A stretch of 64,000 bases of DNA from Candidatus Latescibacterota bacterium (lineage in GTDB: Bacteria > Latescibacterota > UBA2968): NCBI GenBank assembly GCA_965204745.1, contig OZ242010.1, positions 2,816,001 to 2,880,000 of the forward strand, read 5' to 3'. The notes under the pieces are model-generated. The model was not told where the DNA came from. It did not search any database and saw only the letters and a program-made list of their open reading frames with translations. Position 1 is the stretch's first letter. Every line of letters starts with the position of its first letter. The translations under genes were made by a program, and so were the position numbers. Positions 59,031 to 64,000 of this stretch are shown one piece after another.

Positions 59031-59200
59031 CCTGATACCTTTCTGTTGACACTTATTAACAGTCAAGCCAAAGTCAATAAGTGTTCAACCAGTGCAAGTT
59101 ACGTCAAACAATCACGCAACTTGGGTGTATCCCCCAAAGCACGGAGAAAAATACCCCGTGCGCCATTTAGATCTCGATCCATCGCCTGACCATCTATCCG
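59031..59200 (-). ncRNA. TnpB omegaRNA scaffold (predicted)
   Basis: Long hairpin GTTGAACACTTATTGAC...GTTAATAAGTGTCAAC between the tnpB stop and the right end; 5' boundary uncertain. Confidence 0.6.
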
Positions 59201-60223
59201 ACTACGAATGACTTTCGCACCGCCCAAGTTCTTCACACGCTCGCCTGTCCAACTGACTGTTTTGGACGTGTATGCCTCATTGACATCGAAGACCAACTTG
59301 CCGGTCTCAAATGCTTTGTGCTTGAGAAACTGCTTGAAGCGGTAATGGGCGAAGGTCAACATACTGCGAACAGATTTACGACGAAGGCAACGCCGACCCC
59401 GCACAACCATCTCGGTCGTCTCAAATGTGGGCAACAGAATCACATCGTAGTTGTCCACCAGCCAACGAGACACCTGCTTGTGCAGTTCATCGATCAAGTC
59501 TCGTATGCGCCAGCGTAACCGACCTGTCGCACGCTTCAAACGCACCTTGCGAAAGCCAATAGCCTTTGTCATGCGACCGATCAACTCGTCAAGGTGAACA
59601 CACAAACGTTGGATACGACCAAAATCGCCCTCGCCAATCTTACCGCAGTCATTCTCAGAATAGAACGTCAAGAAACTGCGAATACCCGGATCAAGTGCCA
59701 CGACGCGCCCTTGGGTCTCGGCTACGCGCCGTGGACTTGAATAGGGCACAGTCACATAGTACCGACCCTGATGAACAATAAATCGACCATCTTTTACTGC
59801 CGCAACAGATTCGGACAACCGAATAGCACCAAGACTGCGAGGGTATATGGTCGTCCGATCTTTATTCCAAGCCACATTGCACAAAGCAAACGATTGTGTA
59901 GGGCACTTCCTCTCCCGAAAGTTTAAGAGCACCTTTCGCTTTTTCCCTTTCTTCTTCAATCGGTTACGCTCACGCCAAACGGCTTGGTTTGCCCTGTACG
60001 CATCGGTTATCGCACCAGACAATATCTTGCTCGGCACATCGCCAAAACGCTTAGGACTCACCGCACGGACAATCACACGCATCTCATACTCAGACAACGG
60101 AAAGCCCGCACGATACAAGGACACCGCCTCGTTATACCACCAACGACTCGCCGACATCCACAAGTCAATCAATGAACGCTGTTCAGCGTTCAGATAGACT
60201 CTTATCTTTCTTGATTTTGTCAC
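59099..60223 (-). CDS. tnpB: TnpB RNA-guided nuclease, rearranged-RuvC type
   Basis: KIRVYLNAEQ, ALDPGIR, ILLPTFE, VNEAYTSKT, DRDLNGARGI; the frame stays open upstream to 60730. Confidence 0.92.
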   Translation of the reverse strand: MTKSRKIRVYLNAEQRSLIDLWMSASRWWYNEAVSLYRAGFPLSEYEMRVIVRAVSPKRFGDVPSKILSGAITDAYRANQAVWRERNRLKKKGKKRKVLLNFRERKCPTQSFALCNVAWNKDRTTIYPRSLGAIRLSESVAAVKDGRFIVHQGRYYVTVPYSSPRRVAETQGRVVALDPGIRSFLTFYSENDCGKIGEGDFGRIQRLCVHLDELIGRMTKAIGFRKVRLKRATGRLRWRIRDLIDELHKQVSRWLVDNYDVILLPTFETTEMVVRGRRCLRRKSVRSMLTFAHYRFKQFLKHKAFETGKLVFDVNEAYTSKTVSWTGERVKNLGGAKVIRSRIDGQAMDRDLNGARGIFLRALGDTPKLRDCLT

Positions 60224-60758
60224 GATATTTGCGGAGTCCGGACAGCCGACAAGAGAACGTATCGAGAATGGACAAAATATCTTCCGTGAGTTCTTGTTCT
60301 GGACGACAACTTGACTCGTCGAGAACCACGACCTCGCCCCCGTTTTGCTTTGCCAACCACTCAATAAGTTCAAAGCCGAACCGTGCAAGGCGGTCTTTGT
60401 GGGCAACCACAATCCGCAACTTCTCTCCGCTGTGTAAGCGTTCCAGTAGGGCAACAAGTCCCTTCCGCTTCCAGTTGAGGCCTCCGCCAATGTCTTTGAC
60501 GACCTCTGCTCCGGGATAACGGGATTGCAAGAGGGCAACTTGCCCTCGCAAGTCGTCTTTTTGGGCATAACTGCTGACCCGCGCATAGCACACAACGGCA
60601 ACGCCAACTTCTTCCCGCAAGAACGCATCGACATTGTAAAGCCTCCGACCACCCGGACTGCGGATATGTTCAATCCGACCGTCAGTCGCCCACTTACGCA
60701 ATGTGCTCGGATGAACGCCAAGCAAAGCAACCGCTTTGCGAGTATTTACATACGCCAT
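60183..60758 (-). CDS. tnpA: IS607 serine recombinase TnpA
   Basis: MerR-like HTH LGVHPSTLRKW, YARVSS..QK.DL, DIGGGLNWKRKG, HKDRLARFG. Confidence 0.95.
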   Translation of the reverse strand: MAYVNTRKAVALLGVHPSTLRKWATDGRIEHIRSPGGRRLYNVDAFLREEVGVAVVCYARVSSYAQKDDLRGQVALLQSRYPGAEVVKDIGGGLNWKRKGLVALLERLHSGEKLRIVVAHKDRLARFGFELIEWLAKQNGGEVVVLDESSCRPEQELTEDILSILDTFSCRLSGLRKYRDKIKKDKSLSER

Positions 60759-60797
60759 AGTAACAACATACGGCTTTTGTGAACAAATGTTGACAAT

Positions 60798-61064
60798 TTA
60801 TTTCCTACACGCTACTCCTCCAAAATGAGAAATACCAAACCAATACCCTACAAATGCCACCAATTCCTCCCAATCTTTATCCACTATCTCAGGACTCCAT
60901 CCCGTCCATAACACTGACCAACCCGACGCTTTACTGAGTCCAAAAACAAAAGCAAGTGCGATAAAGAAAATGTTGTTGTATAAATCATACTTCTCAGCAA
61001 TCTTCTTCCATTTGTCCGATTTCATATCAGACCTTAAGTCTTTCTGTCTTTCTGCCACACACAC
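60798..61064 (-). CDS. Small membrane protein ending at the IS607 left end
   Basis: GAGGAGG RBS, two hydrophobic segments; stop supplied by IS607 sequence. Confidence 0.6.
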   Translation of the reverse strand: MCVAERQKDLRSDMKSDKWKKIAEKYDLYNNIFFIALAFVFGLSKASGWSVLWTGWSPEIVDKDWEELVAFVGYWFGISHFGGVACRK

Positions 61065-61374
61065 CTCCTCAAAAAAAGGGGATTATATACAATAGTGCCG
61101 GAGAGTGCTTGACGAAACCTTTACCACTAAATCACACTTTTTTTTACTTTCTCAAAGTATTCTCGCCAGAACTCCAAATAATCCTTTTCTGACTATCAGA
61201 ATAAAATCACAATAAGCTCTCTCTATATATATCTAAAATCATATTGTCAATGTTTTTTTATTATTCAAACATCAAAATTCCTCAAACATCAAATCCCGGC
61301 CACTTTGTATATAATTCCCTTATTTTTTTTCTCACAGATTAGCAATGTGTTGCTTACTCATTTAGAGATACGGT

Positions 61375-61475
61375 TCATTCTGCCGATCTAACACGGTGAC
61401 GGACAAGTCGATTTCGCAGACTTTCTATTGTTCAGTGGATGCTTCAACAAGCCGTTGCCGTGTCCATCGGAGTAG
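61375..61475 (+). pseudogene. Degenerate EF-hand/dockerin gene remnant
   Basis: ...GDGQVDFADFLLFSGCFNKP, paralogous to the motif in 61945-63498. Confidence 0.55.
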
Positions 61476-61527
61476 CAAAGGCCACGGGCTACGCCTATTC
61501 TAAAGTCGCCCAAATTTTTTTATTTTG

Positions 61528-61900
61528 ACGTAAGCGTTGATTCTGTCTTATTTCCTGCGATTTATTTAAGCGATCTCGTTGGCTATGGGTGTTGTGGTGG
61601 CGTGCGTCTTTGATGCAGAATAACGGCTTGTGGGGCGTGCCTACGGTTCGCCCCATTTTCACAAGGAGATGGAGATGAAGTATCTCGAGTATCTCGTAGC
61701 TGTTGCCATCTTTGCCATCTGGCTGGGGGCAGTCGAATTCGCCCTAATTCTTTTCTTTGATTGGCGTAAGCGTAAGCGTAAGCGTCGTAAGCGTTGATTC
61801 TGTTGCCTGGTGTTATCCGTATGAAAGCGATCTCGTTTGCTATGGGTTTGTAGTGGCGTGCGTCTTTGATGCAGAATAAGGGCTTGTGGGGCGTGCCTGA
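61528..61900. repeat. ~115-bp imperfect direct repeat (61528-61642 and 61785-61898)
   Basis: CGTAAGCGTTGATTCTGT...AAGCGATCTCGTT...GGCGTGCGTCTTTGATGCAGAATAA.GGCTTGTGGGGCGTGCCT twice. Confidence 0.8.
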
Positions 61901-61944
61901 CAAACGCCCCAAATTCTTTCTCTCTCTTATTGGAGGGTTGCAAA

Positions 61945-63498
61945 ATGTTGAAGCGTATGTTTGGTTGTTTCGCAGTTGTCTTGTTGGCGCTGGCAATGCA
62001 ACAGCCCGTTGCCGCACAAAACAGTGCCGACTTTGATGGCGATGGCACGGTGGGCTTTGCAGACTTCTTGGCGTTTGCAGGGCAATTTGGTGCCCAGCGC
62101 GGAGACGGCAGATACCAAGCCAAATTTGATCTGAATAGCGATGGCAAGATTGATTTTGCAGACTTTCTACGCTTTGCCAGCAGCTATGGTCAGTCAGTGC
62201 CACCTAGTGGCGGGGGCGGTAGCGGGGGCGGTAGTAGCGGCGGCGGCGGGGGCAGTGGTGGTAGTGGTGGCGGTAGTAGCAGTCCCGATCTGATCGTTGA
62301 ATCGCCTTCTGTCAGCGATAGCACGCTGACGCCTGGGCAATCCTTCACCCTGCAAGTCACCGTTCGCAATCGGGGCACGGGGCAATCAGCCTCGACGACC
62401 CTGACCTATTACCGCTCGTCCAATTCGACGATCTCTACGAGCGATACAGAAGTGAGCACGGATTCGGTCAGCGGTCTGTCCGCTTCGGGCACAGGTTCGG
62501 AATCGATCAGGCTAACTGCTCCGTCGAGTACCGGCACGTATTACTACGGCGCGTGTGTGGCAAGCGTCAGCGGCGAGACCGATACCCGCAACAACTGCTC
62601 AACAGGCGTGCGCGTTACGGTGAGTGGCGGCGGCGGTAGCACGGAAGTTGTTATTCCCGATGCCAACCTTCGCGCTGAAATTGAGAGCCGTTTGGGCAAG
62701 GCACGCGGTGCGCCGATCACACGGGCAGACATGGCGAGCTTGACGCTGATTGACGCGGGAGGTGCGGGCATTAACGATTTGACAGGGCTTGAGTATGCAA
62801 CCAACCTGACAACGTTAGGGCTTAGCGGCAACCAGATCTCGGATATCGCCGCATTATCGGGATTAACCAACCTGACAAAGTTATGGCTTTGGAGCAACCA
62901 AATCTCGGATATCGCCGCATTATCGGGTTTAACCAAACTGACAGAGTTACGGCTTAGCGGCAACCAAATCTCGGATATCGCCCCACTATCGGGATTAACC
63001 AAACTGACATTCTTAACCCTTTCCGGCAACCAGATCTCGGATATCGCCGCATTATCGGGATTAACCAAACTGACATACTTAAACCTTCGCGGCAACCGAA
63101 TCTCGGATATCGCCCCACTATCGAGATTAACCAACCTGACATCGTTACTGCTTAACGACAACCAAATCTCGGATATCGCCGCGCTAGCGGGATTAACCAA
63201 CCTGACATGGTTATCCCTTTACGACAACCAAATCTCGGATATCGCCGCATTATCGGGATTAACCAACCTGACAAAGTTATGGCTTTGGAGCAACCAAATC
63301 TCGGATATCGCCGCATTATCGGGATTAACCAACCTGACAGAGTTAGACCTTGATCGCAACCGTATCTCGGATATCGCCGCATTATCGGGATTAACCAACC
63401 TGAGAGTGTTATACCTTCAAGACAACCCGTTGAGTGCCACATCAAGAAACACGCACATTCCGGCACTTCGGGCCAGAGGGGTTACGGTGATTTTTTAG
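61945..63498 (+). CDS. Secreted EF-hand/dockerin + Gly linker + CARDB + internalin-type LRR protein
   Basis: Signal peptide; DFDGDGTVGFADF and DLNSDGKIDFADF; PDLIVES...YYYGACV; IPDANLR cap; about nine 22-aa LRRs (66-bp repeats). Confidence 0.92.
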   Translation: MLKRMFGCFAVVLLALAMQQPVAAQNSADFDGDGTVGFADFLAFAGQFGAQRGDGRYQAKFDLNSDGKIDFADFLRFASSYGQSVPPSGGGGSGGGSSGGGGGSGGSGGGSSSPDLIVESPSVSDSTLTPGQSFTLQVTVRNRGTGQSASTTLTYYRSSNSTISTSDTEVSTDSVSGLSASGTGSESIRLTAPSSTGTYYYGACVASVSGETDTRNNCSTGVRVTVSGGGGSTEVVIPDANLRAEIESRLGKARGAPITRADMASLTLIDAGGAGINDLTGLEYATNLTTLGLSGNQISDIAALSGLTNLTKLWLWSNQISDIAALSGLTKLTELRLSGNQISDIAPLSGLTKLTFLTLSGNQISDIAALSGLTKLTYLNLRGNRISDIAPLSRLTNLTSLLLNDNQISDIAALAGLTNLTWLSLYDNQISDIAALSGLTNLTKLWLWSNQISDIAALSGLTNLTELDLDRNRISDIAALSGLTNLRVLYLQDNPLSATSRNTHIPALRARGVTVIF

Positions 63499-63506
63499 TT
63501 CCGTGT

Positions 63507-64000
63507 GGCGTTGTTGCATAAATAGCAATTTCCTGCAAGTTGGGATTGCAAAAAGACAGGCTCCTTCGTAGATTGGGCATATAGATCACCAAAACAACTC
63601 ACCCTTTCTCACCAGGAACCTGTCATGCCCAAGATAACCGCTTCCAAACCCGCCGTCAAGTCCCCGCGTCGCCCGCGTCGCCCGCGCTGTGCGCCTGTCT
63701 ATCGGGTTAGGAACTGGGCGGCCTACGAGGCCGGTCTCAAGCAGCGGGGCAGTCTGACGTTTTGGATCACGCCGCAAGCTCTTCGGGGGTGGTACCATCA
63801 AGGGCCAACGCAACGGGGGAGGCAAAACACCTTTTCAGATTTGGCTATTCAAACGGCATTGATGGTGCGCTTGGTCTATGCCTTGCCCCTGCGTCAAACC
63901 GAGGGGTTTCTCAAGTCCATCCTGGCATTGATGGGGGTGGATTTGCGTGTGCCCGATCACACGACCCTCTGCCGGCGACAGGGCGATTTGAACGTGGATT
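63507..64000 (+). mobile_element. IS5-family element, second copy (runs off window end); transposase starts at 63625
   Basis: Same left TIR and near-identical sequence to 9684-10180. Confidence 0.93.

Larger units (their letters stand above)
59031..60805 (-). mobile_element. IS607-family element
   Basis: Serine recombinase + tnpB; inferred GG cores at 60805-60804 (GTGTAGG|) and 59032-59031 (GTATCAGG|). Confidence 0.88.
58581..61319. mobile_element. Non-autonomous TIR element (2.7 kb including the nested IS607)
   Basis: Perfect 24-bp TIR GGGAATTATATACAAAGTGGCCGG; 8-bp TSD TTATTTTT; no DDE transposase inside. Confidence 0.85.

Noticed and set aside
58796-61064. Single in-frame gene restored by IS607 excision
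   Set aside because: Joining at the inferred GG core gives ...CRWDHVFF*, out of frame with the RQEG ORF. A simple fusion is not supported unless the ends differ or there is a further frameshift.
62800-63420. Diversity-generating retroelement target
   Set aside because: No reverse transcriptase or template repeat in the window, and the variation is not adenine-specific.

Overview
Bacterial chromosomal window of moderately high GC. The EF-hand/dockerin-CARDB-LRR protein, the many toxin-antitoxin genes and the repeat load would fit a Latescibacterota/Gemmatimonadota-like host-associated genome, but that is inference only. The backbone is housekeeping: gatB/gatA-tatA-pssA-htrA-truA, comEC, accA, aminotransferases, argJ, cimA, ilvN-leuA-leuC...leuD, pckA and nuoIJKLMN. 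It is interrupted by many mobile or accessory pieces: two IS5-family (IS903-like) copies, an IS701 that clips a type IIG restriction-modification gene, an orphan methyltransferase-specificity fusion, a ~415-bp TA-targeting MITE family, and a 106-bp REP tandem array inside the nuo operon. A ~13-kb AT-richer island (about 32-44.7 kb) lies between two damaged IS110 copies whose bridge-RNA guide loops can be read from the sequence. The island carries the best candidate for an undescribed system: a co-oriented EcsC / membrane-anchored small GTPase / TagF-GAP1N-like membrane protein / putative beta-pore-former / glycine-zipper protein cluster, interleaved with duplicated thermonuclease and GIY-YIG cassettes and followed by a TA array. 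Downstream of nuoN is a three-layer nest: MITE > 24-bp-TIR element with 8-bp TSD > IS607 carrying a rearranged-active-site (pro-Fanzor-type), zinc-finger-less TnpB. Several frameshifting micro-duplications and micro-insertions may be assembly consensus artefacts. All family assignments come from motif recognition, not database searches.
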